From: an uncultured Gammaproteobacteria bacterium | GTDB taxonomy: Bacteria; Pseudomonadota; Gammaproteobacteria; UBA9214 | Length of the DNA stretch: 49,280 bases | Assembly: GCA_963773065.1 (NCBI GenBank) | Contig: CAVYZN010000015.1 | Span: 1-49,280, forward strand | Reading direction: 5' to 3' | Part shown: piece after piece, positions 33,932-43,487 of the stretch | Numbering within the stretch: the first letter of the stretch is position 1 | Layout: each line of letters opens with the position of its first letter | Translations under genes and position numbers: made by a program | The notes under the pieces: model-generated | Told to the model about the DNA's origin: nothing | The model's input: the letters and a program-made list of their open reading frames with translations, nothing else | Databases searched by the model: none

Positions 33932-34029
33932 TCACCGCAAAGATGCAAAGCTGTTTAAGTCGTCGTTTGATGAAGACTTCCTCTGCGATCTTTGCGTCTT
34001 TGCGGTGAAAACGGATGTTTATGAAAGGA
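33932..34029. repeat. CACCGCAAAG-type REP-like hairpin
   Basis: TCACCGCAAAGATGCAAAG...CTTTGCGTCTTTGCGGTGA. Confidence 0.65.
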
Positions 34030-34091
34030 CCTGGTTGGTTTAATAACGGTTGACGCCTACAACGCCGCAGACGGATTTAAAAGCCCGCATT

Positions 34092-35405
34092 TTACCCATT
34101 TCCGAAGTCACGGAAACTGTTTCCCGCGATAAATCCGTCCCGGATGGAGTCGGCGATCCCCTGGAAGATCCAGCGGCCGTAGCGCCCTACCTGGTAGATG
34201 CCGGCCTGCTCCAACGCCTGCATGGCCTGCTGTTTCCAGTGCGAACCGGGCCAGGACCAGGTATAGGCGACGTCGACCCAGGTCGGGTGCACGACCTCCG
34301 CCGCGCCGATGAAACCCCACCCCTGAAGTTCCTCGACCACCTTGGCGCAGTAAGCGGCGACGGTAGCCGCATCCGGTTGCTCACCGGCGGCAAAGGCGCG
34401 CTCGACATAGATGCCGACCCGGTCACCCGACGGGCGCGCCACCGCGGGCAGGAACCCGCGGTCGACGTTGCTGTAGAAACCCACCCGGTGGAAACCGGAT
34501 TCGGAAAACGGGATATACAACCAGTGATCATCGGGGCAGTGGGCGCCCCGGATCGCGCCGATGTTGACCACCAGCACCGCGGTGCAGGGGTCCGGCCGCG
34601 CGGGCGTGGTCAGGCCCGCCATTTCCATCACCTGATTCAGGGGCAGCGTCGAGAGAATTCTGTCGTACGGTCTCGCGCTGCCATCGGCAAAGCGGATTTT
34701 CCGTGCCTCGACATCCAGCCCGACCACGCGCCGTCCATACTCGATGCGGCACTGCCCGGCCATGCTCCGGGCCAGCAGGTTGAGGCCGCCCTCGGGGTAG
34801 ATGAAGGTGGTGTTGTAACCCACCGCGGGGGCGTCGCTGAAAGCGCCCTGCAGCGCCAGCGAGAGGTTCACCGGTGATTTGTAACCGTCCTGCGGCGCGA
34901 TCCGCCGGTACAGGCCGGCCGTGTACAGATCGTGGAAGGGGTTGAAAAACAGGCCGGCCAGGGTGCCGCCGAAGCAGCCCGTGAGCCACTCCTCCATGGT
35001 CGAGCCGGGACCGGCCGGTCGCGCCATTTCATCCAGCGCGGCCAGCGCCACCCGGCTGTCGAGAAAACGCAAGTGGTTCTGGATCGGGTAAGGAACGTAT
35101 CGGCGGGTATCCGGGAAAAACACGGATGAGCGCCTGGCATAACGGCGCACCGGCACGAAGCGGTTGATGAAGTGCAGCACCGCGGGATCGCCGCCGAATA
35201 TCCAGTGCCCGCCCCCGTTCTCGAAACGATAGGCCGCGCCGTCCTCGGGACAGTCGAAGAGCGGTTGCTCGCCGCCCGGACGCAGGTAATACGAGAGGCA
35301 GATACCACCCGGATTCCCCGTCGCCTCGATCACCGGCAGCCCCGATGCCAGGCCGGCGGCAAGCCCGGTCATGCCGGCGCCCAGGATTAGCGTTTTCTCA
35401 GTCAT
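34092..35405 (-). CDS. FAD-dependent oxidoreductase (protoporphyrinogen oxidase / UDP-galactopyranose mutase-like)
   Basis: ILGAGMTGL, GGHWIF, FIYPEGG, GRYGRW. Confidence 0.82.
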   Translation of the reverse strand: MTEKTLILGAGMTGLAAGLASGLPVIEATGNPGGICLSYYLRPGGEQPLFDCPEDGAAYRFENGGGHWIFGGDPAVLHFINRFVPVRRYARRSSVFFPDTRRYVPYPIQNHLRFLDSRVALAALDEMARPAGPGSTMEEWLTGCFGGTLAGLFFNPFHDLYTAGLYRRIAPQDGYKSPVNLSLALQGAFSDAPAVGYNTTFIYPEGGLNLLARSMAGQCRIEYGRRVVGLDVEARKIRFADGSARPYDRILSTLPLNQVMEMAGLTTPARPDPCTAVLVVNIGAIRGAHCPDDHWLYIPFSESGFHRVGFYSNVDRGFLPAVARPSGDRVGIYVERAFAAGEQPDAATVAAYCAKVVEELQGWGFIGAAEVVHPTWVDVAYTWSWPGSHWKQQAMQALEQAGIYQVGRYGRWIFQGIADSIRDGFIAGNSFRDFGNG

Positions 35406-35587
35406 CTGGCGGAAAATACAGGTCTTGTTCTTGAAAGGCGGCACATGATAGCGCACTTCGTCGATCATTGACCTTGTCCGGCATTAACAGTTCATTACCC
35501 ATGAACCGCGACCGCCGATGTCGGCGCACACGAGATTGGCTATGATAGCGGGCCATCCAGACAACCTGACAGTGCCCGCACCCACCC

Positions 35588-36513
35588 ATGAACGCCAGTC
35601 ATCAGCCCATCTTCCAGCGCCGTTTCCTGCGGCCCCGCTACTGGCCGCACTGGTGCATCATGCTGCTGTGCTGCATCCTGGCCCTGTTGCCCGGCGGGGT
35701 GCGGGCCGACTCGGGGATGCGGCGGGTCTGCTGCTCTCCCGCATCGATTCCAAAGCCGGACGCATCGCGCGGACGAACCTGTCGCTCTGCTACCCGCGGT
35801 TGACGGAGGTGGAGAAACGCCGCCTGCTCCGGGAACACTTCCGCACCACCGCGCATATCCTGCTCGGTTATGGCCAGTTGCTGGTGCGCTCGCCGCGACA
35901 CCTGCGCGAGCAGTTAGACATTCATGGCCTGGAGCGCGTCGAGAAGATCGCCGCCGATGGTAACAGCATCATTCTGCTCTCGCCGCACTTCCTGGCCATC
36001 GAGTACACCGGACAATGCCTGTCACGCATACACCCCATGGTCAGCATGGTGCGGCTGCACAGCAATCCGCTCATGGACTGGATCGTGACGCGTATCCGCA
36101 CCCGCTACGGCGGCGAGGTCTACAGCCACAAGGCCAGCCTCTTCCCCCTGGTGAAGGCCACTCGCGGCGGCAAATGGCTTTGTTATTTTCCGGACGAGGA
36201 CCGGGGCGCGGAGAACAGCTTGTTCATCCCGTTCTGCGGGGTCCCCAAGGCGACCATGCCGCTGCTGGGAAGACTGGCCGCAAGTTGCCGCGCGATTGTC
36301 ATTCCCACGCTGAGCTTCTACTCGCCCGAGCGGCGCCGGTTTACCATCGAGTTCCTGGAGCCGATGAAGGATTTCCCGAGCGGGGACATCCAGCGCGATG
36401 CGCAGCGGATGAACCGGCTCATCGAAGACATGGTGAACCGGAATCCCGCGCAATACCTGTGGACGGCCAAGATCTTCCGGACCCGCCCGCCGGGCGAACC
36501 GGGATTCTATTAA
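35588..36513 (+). CDS. Lipid A lauroyl/myristoyl acyltransferase (LpxL/LpxM family), frameshift ~35700
   Basis: FLRPRYWPHW N-terminus, ARTNLSLCYP, PHFLAIE, PDED, QYLW..KIFRTRP. Confidence 0.85.
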
Positions 36514-36575
36514 CTCGTCTGACCCGAACCCGCCTGGCGGCAAAGCGGCAGACTGGAACGCCTTGCCGGGCGGCA

Positions 36576-37139
36576 CTACCGACAATATTCGGTGAGCAGT
36601 TCATTGACTGCTTTGATGTCATATGCGGCGGGATCGAAATCATCCCCAATCCATTCTTTACAGTCTTCGTGTTCCGGGTGATCCGGATCATTCAACGCTT
36701 CCAATAAATTGGCGTATCCCCATATGCCACCCACATCCTCCGGTGGACACGCACCTTTGGCATTGATACATCGCGGCAGGCCGGCTCCCGGCTCGAAGGT
36801 CAGGATTTTTTCCAGCGTTATTTGATGTTCCCAACTATCCCCGAAATCGTATTCATAAATTATCGATTCCTTTTCCTTCTTCAGCAGTTGATTGAGCCTG
36901 AACATTTTCTCATCGAGGATTTCCGGGAAATCGAGATCAGGATCCAACACTCCATAAAGTCGGCCATTGGCAATAAATTGATGTAAATGGGAGTCCGTCC
37001 AACCCATGACGATTTGTATCGCCACATGGAATTTTGGAAGCCCCACGGAATCGTCTATGAGTAACCGACGCCAGATAGGGGGTTTCGCACCCTTCAGGCT
37101 GATCTTCAACTGATACGTTTTTCGCAGTGCTTGTGGCAA
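36576..37139 (-). CDS. pRiA4b ORF-3 (TnpR-like) family protein
   Basis: PPIWRR, MGWTDSHLHQF, YEYDFGDSWEH, CPPEDVGG. Confidence 0.9.
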   Translation of the reverse strand: MPQALRKTYQLKISLKGAKPPIWRRLLIDDSVGLPKFHVAIQIVMGWTDSHLHQFIANGRLYGVLDPDLDFPEILDEKMFRLNQLLKKEKESIIYEYDFGDSWEHQITLEKILTFEPGAGLPRCINAKGACPPEDVGGIWGYANLLEALNDPDHPEHEDCKEWIGDDFDPAAYDIKAVNELLTEYCR

Positions 37140-37161
37140 TGCATATTCCTCCGTCTATGGT

Positions 37162-37227
37162 ACGCAACGAGTTGGCTGACGCGGGGCCGGCGAAGTAGGT
37201 CGTCGCCACTCCGGCGACTGGTTATGC
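37162..37227 (-). mobile_element. Degenerate integron attC site
   Basis: GCATAAC...GTTGCGT on the minus strand with partial internal complementarity, just before the RBS of the next gene. Confidence 0.5.
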
Positions 37228-37250
37228 CACATCAGGATATCCCTGAACAC

Positions 37251-37348
37251 GTCATCCCCGCGAAAGCGGGGATCCAGTAACCCACTGATCCTGAGCAGGC
37301 TGAAGTGTCGCTCCCCGCTTTCGGGGGGACAAGCTTCGCGGGAATGAC
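37251..37348. repeat. GTCATCCCCGCGAAAGCGGGGATCCAG...CGCGGGAATGAC palindromic repeat
   Basis: Characteristic arms. Confidence 0.7.
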
Positions 37349-37378
37349 AGGCTTAATCAGAGCCTTCTTGGTCTTTCT

Positions 37379-37759
37379 TCAGTGTATCTTTTCACCGGTC
37401 CACCGATCCCGCCCTTTCCAGAAAGGGCATTGCGGACATTCCTCACCCTCCGGGTAATCGATGCCCTCTTCATGGGGACAGCCAATGATTCTGTCCGGCA
37501 TCACTACAGAAACGGCTCCATTGCTGGAGAGAAATTCCTTAACCTCTCGCAATATATTTTCGTCATTTCTGACATCTTCTTCCGAGAACCACTTTTTCAT
37601 GGGTTCCGGTTCGACGCCTTCATAGGCCACGATACTGACAACCACCTTGGTTGCTTTCTTGTCATCTGGTCCGTAGTGAGCAATTGATGCGATAGGATAG
37701 CCGCGAAACCCTTTCTTCGCCTTTTTTTGGAGAGATTTACTTGTCTTCTTAATGGGCAT
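37379..37759 (-). CDS. Cassette-type hypothetical protein
   Basis: GFRGYPIASIAHYGPD, IIGCPHEEGIDYPEGEECPQCPFW; lower GC. Confidence 0.8.
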   Translation of the reverse strand: MPIKKTSKSLQKKAKKGFRGYPIASIAHYGPDDKKATKVVVSIVAYEGVEPEPMKKWFSEEDVRNDENILREVKEFLSSNGAVSVVMPDRIIGCPHEEGIDYPEGEECPQCPFWKGRDRWTGEKIH

Positions 37760-37779
37760 TGTCTTTAGATCTGATTGCG

Positions 37780-37850
37780 GAATAACGCCGCGCTTCACCG
37801 GCCGAAGCATGCATAGCGCGCGAAGATCCGGTGCAAGCGCTTCGTTAGCG
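37780..37850 (-). mobile_element. Integron attC site
   Basis: CGCTAAC-gaagcgcttgcaccgg...ccggtgaagcgcggc-GTTATTC. Confidence 0.7.
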
Positions 37851-37888
37851 CGTCACACTGACGACGAACCTTCACCGCGCGCCACCCA

Positions 37889-37992
37889 CTACGCTTTAAG
37901 ATCAACCGCAGCCCGATAGCTCCCATCCATGTAGAAAGGCACCGACGAGTGATCGTGGACGATGCGCCATCGCCCACTTGCCTTCCGGTCAA
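37889..37992 (-). pseudogene. 3' fragment of an NTF2/SnoaL-like (YybH-type) gene
   Basis: GRWRIVHDHSSVPFYMDGSYRAAVDLKA*, cut upstream by hairpin element 1. Confidence 0.7.
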
Positions 37993-38076
37993 GGAAATAG
38001 GGACATTCTGGTTTACCATCCGTGGTGCCGAAAGGCACGTATGGATATCGAAAAAACCAGAATGTCCCCATTATTC
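37993..38076. repeat. Hairpin element copy 1
   Basis: GGGACATTCTGGTTT...AAACCAGAATGTCCCC. Confidence 0.95.
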
Positions 38077-38814
38077 CTATCGGGCCACGCGAACCACAAC
38101 GAAGATAAAGGCCGCCCCCAGGCACGTAAGCCCGATGAGGCTGCCGGTAATGGCCGAGCGGTTCTGAGAGTGCGCCTCGGGCAGAATGTCGGATGCCCCG
38201 ATATACAAGAGGAACCCGGCGAAGAACCCTAAATAGAGCATCAGCATGGCGGTGGGGACCCGAAAAAGCAACGTAGAGGCCGCGCCTAAAACGGGAGCGA
38301 GCGCATCCAACACAAGCATCGCAAACGAACGCAGTGTCGTGTTGCGATGAACGAGCATCAAGCTGACCGTGTTGAGGCCATCACAAAAGTCGTGCGCAAT
38401 CACAGCAATGGCCACGATAATCCCGACCGCTTCCGAGGCTTGAAACGCCAGACCAATCGCGACTCCATCCATGAGGCTGTGCCCGGCCAGGGCAAGGGCC
38501 GAGAGGACGCCTACCTGCGGGTGATGATGCGCGGCGTACTCGGCCTCGTGGACATGGTGGACCAATACGAACTTCTCGAGGCTGTGAAAGAGAAGAAAGC
38601 CGACAACGAGTGCAATCATTGCCCCGGTGGCGTCAATCCCTTGCTCGCGGGCCAGCTCGAAAATCTCGGGCAAAATGTCAAAACTCACGACGCCCAAGAG
38701 CACGCCGGCTGTGAAGCTGAGAATAAAGTGCAGCCGGTCGCGGAACTTGAGGGCAAACAGTCCACCGGCAAAGGTCGAGAAGAATGCCGCAAGCGACAGT
38801 AATACAGCGCTCAT
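38077..38814 (-). CDS. ZIP-family metal transporter
   Basis: FTAGVLL, His-rich loop, HSLMDG, HDFCDG. Confidence 0.92.
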   Translation of the reverse strand: MSAVLLSLAAFFSTFAGGLFALKFRDRLHFILSFTAGVLLGVVSFDILPEIFELAREQGIDATGAMIALVVGFLLFHSLEKFVLVHHVHEAEYAAHHHPQVGVLSALALAGHSLMDGVAIGLAFQASEAVGIIVAIAVIAHDFCDGLNTVSLMLVHRNTTLRSFAMLVLDALAPVLGAASTLLFRVPTAMLMLYLGFFAGFLLYIGASDILPEAHSQNRSAITGSLIGLTCLGAAFIFVVVRVAR

Positions 38815-39027
38815 AGACCCCTCAGGTGTAGTAGTAGTTGACCTTTCTCGTTTCGCACGCGACGTCTGCTACGCATCGAGAACTCGAAGAATATCATATG
38901 TCCAGGAGCCAATAGACCGTATTACCCGATATGACATGCTGGACAGGTAAGTGACACAAGGAGTTGCCCGAATTGCGGATAAATACCCTGTGTGGCGCGA
39001 CAGGGTCGAAGACCACACTTAGGCCCG

Positions 39028-39138
39028 CAATCATGCGCATTTACAACGAACAGATTGTTCGACTATGATTCGCCGGCATGATATCGCCATCCCCGCTGGC
39101 CTTTTCCTACCAAGAGATTTTTGGTGGGAGCAGTCAAA
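39028..39138 (+). promoter_or_regulatory. ~110-bp duplicated promoter module, copy 1
   Basis: TTTACA-N18-TATGAT with CGAACA-gat-TGTTCG in the spacer; near-identical to 42249-42359. Confidence 0.7.
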
Positions 39139-39214
39139 TTCACCAAGAAGCTTGATTATCTTTCTGAGACCGTCCATGACGGTCACCATCAAGCCATATC
39201 AGCAAAGTAGATCC

Positions 39215-41926
39215 ATGAGACCAAAAGCGCTGCGCCTCACGACAACTGTCGTATCCAAACCCGGTCGCTGCCGTTTCGCCGCCATGCTGGCCGCGACCCT
39301 CGCCATGAGCCTCGGGGCGCGGGCGGATGCGTCGGCGCCGGACGCGGGCGTGCTGCGCGCGACGCTGGAAAACGGGCTGCGCCTGGTCATCGTCCGCAAC
39401 GACCTGGCGCCGGTGGTATCCGTGGAAGTCAACTACCTCGCGGGCTCGGATGAGGCGCCGGATGGCTTTCCGGGCATGGCACACGCCCAGGAGCACATGA
39501 TGTTTCGCGGCAGCCCCGGCCTCACGGGCGATCAGCTTGCCTACCTCGACGCGGTGCTAGGTGGCATGGCCAACGCGGGCACCCAGCAGGGCGTGACCCA
39601 GTACTCGAATACGGTGCCGGCCAAGGACCTCGGATTGGCCCTGCGGATCGAGTCGATCCGCATGCGCGGTGTCTCCGACAGTCAGGACGCTTGGGTCAAG
39701 GAACGCGGGGCGATCGAACAGGAGGTCGCTCGGGACCTCTCCGAGCCCGAGTATGTCCTCTATACGCAGCTCCTCGAGACCCTGTTCGAGGGCACGCCCT
39801 ATGCGCACGACGCCCTGGGGACCCATGCGTCCTTCGAGCAGACGACCGGGGCGATGCTGAAGGACTACTACAACCGCTGGTACGCCCCGAACAACGCGAT
39901 CCTCGTGATCGCCGGGGACGTGCAGCCGGAGTCCGTGCTGGACCAGGTCAAGGCGCTGTTCGGCGACATTCCCAAGAAGGAGATACCCGCCCGACCCGAG
40001 GTGCGACTCGCCAAACTGCATCCGCGGACCATCCGGGGCCAGACGGACAAGGCCAACGGCATGGTTCTGGCGGCCTTCCGTGTACCCGGCTCCGACAGCC
40101 CCGATCATGCGGCCGTGTCGCTGCTCGCGGATGTGCTCGGCAGCCAGCGCGGCGACCTCTATGCCTTGGCCGCGGACGGCAAGGCCCTGACGACGGAAGC
40201 CCAGGTGGACCTGCTGCCCCAGGCCGGACTCGCCTATGTGGCTGCAGAGTTCCCTAAGGGACGGGACCCGTCGGTCCTGATGGATCAGCTCAAGGCGGTC
40301 GTCGCGAATGACGCCGAGCACGGCTTCCCGCCGGACCTCGTGGAGGCCGCGAAGCGGCGCGAGCTCATGGAGCTGGAGCTCAAGAAAAACTCGATCCCCG
40401 AGCTGGCGGGCGCCTGGTCCCAGGCCTTGGCCGTCGAGGGGCGCAGCTCGCCCGAGGACGACATCGTCGCCATGAGTCGGGTCACGGCAGCCGACGTGGA
40501 TCGGGTTGCCCGGGAGTATCTACGGCTCGACCAGGCGGTGTTCGCGGTCCTGACCTCCGAGGCATCAGGCAAGCCGACGGCGGGCAAGGGGTTCGGCGGC
40601 GCCGAGTCCTTTGCACCCGAGCACCCGGGTGCAGTCGAGCCGCCGGACTGGGCGCGGCAGGCCCTGGAGTCCCCGTCCGTGCCGGAGTCCCGGGTCCGCC
40701 CGATCGACGAGACCCTGCCGAACGGATTGCGGCTGATCATCCAGCCGGTCTCCGCGAGCGACACCGTAAGCGTTTTCGGGCGCGTGCGCACCGAGCCGGG
40801 GATGCAGGCCCCAACCGGCGAGGAAGGTGTCGATCGGGTTCTGGAGCGATCCTTCGACTATGGCACCCAGACTCTGGATCGACTCGCGTTCCAGCGCGCC
40901 CTCGACGAGATCGGCGCGGACGAGTCCGCGGGGGCCAGCTTTTCGGTCCAATCCCTGGCCGCACAAATCGACCGTGGCGTGGAGCTGCTCGCGGACCACG
41001 AGCTGCATCCGGCCTTCAAGCAGGACGACTTCGAAATCGTCCGGACCCAGGTCGCCGAGGAGGTCGCCGGGGAGTTGGAGAGCCCGGCTTACCTGACACA
41101 GCACGCGCTGCTGAACGCGATCTATCCGAAAGGGGACCCGAAGCAGCGCCACGCGACCCCTCAGAGCGTCGCGGGCCTGACGCTTGCGGATATGGAAGGC
41201 TACTATCGGCAGGTCTTTCGACCCGATATGACCACGATCGTCGTGATCGGCAAGATCGACCCGGACCGAGCCAAGGCCCTGGTCGTGCGGTACTTCGGGG
41301 ACTGGAAGGCCGAGGGGCCGAAGCCGGCCATCGACCTGCCTCGGGTGCCGCCCAACCCACCTTCGACGACCGCGGTCCCCGACAGGAGCCGAGTCCAGGA
41401 CCAGGTCATCCTGTCCCAGACCTTAGGTATGGACAGGTTCGATCCGGACTATTACCCCGTGGAACTCGGCAACCATGTCCTTGGGGGCGGCTTCTATGCG
41501 ACCCGTCTGTATCGCGACTTGCGCGAGCGCAACGGGCTCGTCTACAGCGTCGGCGCCTCCATCACCGCGAAGAGGACCCGGGCCGTCTATCTGATCGAGT
41601 ATGCCTGTGACCCGAAGGATGTCTCCCGGGCGCGGGCGATTGTGGAGCGGGATCTCCGGGAGATGCAGACCGATCCCGTGGACGCCGCGTCGCTGCTCCA
41701 GGCCAAGTCACTGCTGATGACCGAGACCGCCCTCGAGGAGGCGAGCGTCAGCGACATTTCAGACGGGCTGCTGGACCGGGCGACCCTGGGCCTGCCCCTC
41801 GACGAGCCGGTCCGGGCCGCGCGCCGCTACCTCGCGCTCGACGCGCAGCAGGTCGAGGCGGCGTTCGCGCGCCGCCTGCGGCTCAAGGACCTGGCGCAGG
41901 TCACGCAAGGGCCGGAACCGCATTGA
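39215..41926 (+). CDS. M16 (pitrilysin-family) zinc protease; start uncertain
   Basis: LENGL, HAQEH (HxxEH), WYAPNNA, second half with LGGG..TRLYRDLRE..GLVY. Confidence 0.92.
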   Translation: MRPKALRLTTTVVSKPGRCRFAAMLAATLAMSLGARADASAPDAGVLRATLENGLRLVIVRNDLAPVVSVEVNYLAGSDEAPDGFPGMAHAQEHMMFRGSPGLTGDQLAYLDAVLGGMANAGTQQGVTQYSNTVPAKDLGLALRIESIRMRGVSDSQDAWVKERGAIEQEVARDLSEPEYVLYTQLLETLFEGTPYAHDALGTHASFEQTTGAMLKDYYNRWYAPNNAILVIAGDVQPESVLDQVKALFGDIPKKEIPARPEVRLAKLHPRTIRGQTDKANGMVLAAFRVPGSDSPDHAAVSLLADVLGSQRGDLYALAADGKALTTEAQVDLLPQAGLAYVAAEFPKGRDPSVLMDQLKAVVANDAEHGFPPDLVEAAKRRELMELELKKNSIPELAGAWSQALAVEGRSSPEDDIVAMSRVTAADVDRVAREYLRLDQAVFAVLTSEASGKPTAGKGFGGAESFAPEHPGAVEPPDWARQALESPSVPESRVRPIDETLPNGLRLIIQPVSASDTVSVFGRVRTEPGMQAPTGEEGVDRVLERSFDYGTQTLDRLAFQRALDEIGADESAGASFSVQSLAAQIDRGVELLADHELHPAFKQDDFEIVRTQVAEEVAGELESPAYLTQHALLNAIYPKGDPKQRHATPQSVAGLTLADMEGYYRQVFRPDMTTIVVIGKIDPDRAKALVVRYFGDWKAEGPKPAIDLPRVPPNPPSTTAVPDRSRVQDQVILSQTLGMDRFDPDYYPVELGNHVLGGGFYATRLYRDLRERNGLVYSVGASITAKRTRAVYLIEYACDPKDVSRARAIVERDLREMQTDPVDAASLLQAKSLLMTETALEEASVSDISDGLLDRATLGLPLDEPVRAARRYLALDAQQVEAAFARRLRLKDLAQVTQGPEPH

Positions 41927-41949
41927 ACCATCCGGAATCCTCAGAGAAC

Positions 41950-42045
41950 GAGAAATGGGGACATTCTGGTTTACCATCTTTAACCATCGATGGTGCCGAC
42001 AGGCGCCTATGGATATCGAAAAAAACCAGAATGTCCCCATTATTC
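41950..42045. repeat. Hairpin element copy 2
   Basis: 96 bp, identical to copy 3. Confidence 0.97.
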
Positions 42046-42248
42046 CACCGGAATCCTAACCACCGCATACGCGGGCAAGCCATCTGATCAAAAAGGCAGG
42101 GCTGACGCACAGCACACACCGGAGCCGTTACGCTGATCAAACGTCTCTGCACATGCGCTGAATCTGCATAAGTGTGCGTCAAGGGTTTGCATAAATAATT
42201 TCAGATAACGGACCATAAGTCTGCGATATGGTCGAAGAGCACTTACTT

Positions 42249-42359
42249 CAATCATGCGCATTTACAACGACCAGATTGTTCGACTATGATTCGCCGGCAT
42301 GATATCGCCATTCCCGCTGGCCTTTTCCTGCCAAGAAATTTTTGGTGGGAGCAGTCAAA
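42249..42359 (+). promoter_or_regulatory. ~110-bp duplicated promoter module, copy 2
   Basis: As copy 1, with a few substitutions. Confidence 0.7.
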
Positions 42360-42377
42360 GTTACTGCATAAAGGACT

Positions 42378-42713
42378 GTGCCCAACATGCAATTGACGTC
42401 GCGAGTCATGAGTAGCAGAGCCTCCGCGTCGCGCTTTCACCGCGCCATGAGATGGTGTCTTATCGTCACGCTCTGTATCCAGCTCATCGCGCTCACCCAG
42501 CACCGCCATGATTTAACGGCGCATCCCGATGACTGCGAGGCGTGCTACCTCACGGCATTAACATCGGGCGGAAGTACCCCTCCTCTCGATCCGGCCATGT
42601 TGGCGCTGCCGTTCTTCCAGACATTCTGGATTGCCGTGCATCGCGTTTATGTCATCCATGCCGCCTTCCGGGATTTTATCCGTCCGCTGCCTCAAGCACC
42701 TCCCCAAATTTAG
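42378..42713 (+). CDS. DUF2946-like small His/CxxC protein; start uncertain
   Basis: TM helix, HRH...H..DCEAC, C-terminal QAPP. Confidence 0.6.
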   Translation: MPNMQLTSRVMSSRASASRFHRAMRWCLIVTLCIQLIALTQHRHDLTAHPDDCEACYLTALTSGGSTPPLDPAMLALPFFQTFWIAVHRVYVIHAAFRDFIRPLPQAPPQI

Positions 42714-42830
42714 CTCGCCAGTCCAGTTTCACTGATTGATGCCGTTGCTTTCTTGACTCACGAGCAGCGCTCATGGGTTCGCCATTGATTATTGGCGAGT
42801 TAAATCAAAATCCGTTTGAGGTGAATAATT

Positions 42831-43487
42831 ATGACCTTCATCGAATCGAAAGGCATTATTGTTCGGCGGCCGGGGGCGCAGGCCCTGCATTTTGCCGACC
42901 TGTCTATCCATAAGAGAGATTCCGTGCTACTGCTCGGCCCTTCAGGATCGGGCAAGACAACGCTGCTCTCCGTTCTGGCAGGATTGTTGCCGCCTGGCAC
43001 GGGTCGGGTACTGGTTGAAAACCAGGACATCTATGCCCTGCATTCGCGTATACGCGATCATCTGCGCGGACAACAATTCGGTTTCGTATTCCAAACGTTG
43101 CATCTGCTGCCGTCGCTGACCTTGAGGCAGAACATTGCCTTGGCCGCCGACATGCTGGGCCTTAAGGTGGAAGAGGGACGGCTTGACTATCTTCTCGGCA
43201 CGCTGGGCCTTGCCGACAAGGCGCACCGCAGGCCCGATGCCTTAAGCCAGGGTGAACAGCAGCGCGCTGCCATCGCCCGTGCGGTTCTCAATCGTCCTTC
43301 CATCATCATCGCGGACGAGCCAACCTCGGCGTTGGATGATGCCAATGCCCGTAAAGTCATGGATTTGCTGGAACATCAGGCGCAGGAAACAGGGGCGGCA
43401 TTGCTGATCGCCACCCATGACACCCGCATCATCAACCGGTTTGAAAATGTCATTCATCTGAATAACGAGATGAAGGAGGTCGCATGA
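42831..43487 (+). CDS. ABC transporter ATP-binding protein (LolD/ZrgB-like)
   Basis: GPSGSGKT, LSQGEQQR, ADEPTSALD. Confidence 0.93.
   Translation: MTFIESKGIIVRRPGAQALHFADLSIHKRDSVLLLGPSGSGKTTLLSVLAGLLPPGTGRVLVENQDIYALHSRIRDHLRGQQFGFVFQTLHLLPSLTLRQNIALAADMLGLKVEEGRLDYLLGTLGLADKAHRRPDALSQGEQQRAAIARAVLNRPSIIIADEPTSALDDANARKVMDLLEHQAQETGAALLIATHDTRIINRFENVIHLNNEMKEVA

Noticed and set aside
36510-36575. Possible attC after the pRiA4b gene
   Set aside because: Lacks the AAC core; too degenerate to call
39047-39061. CGAAC-N5-GTTCG as a Gram-positive LexA box
   Set aside because: Spacing is N5 rather than N4, and the host is a gammaproteobacterium
41932-42057. CCGGAATCCT on both sides of element 2 as a target duplication
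   Set aside because: Not abutting the element ends and not seen at the other four copies
42054-42133. Possible attC (TCCTAAC...GTTACGC) right of element 2
   Set aside because: Internal complementarity too weak
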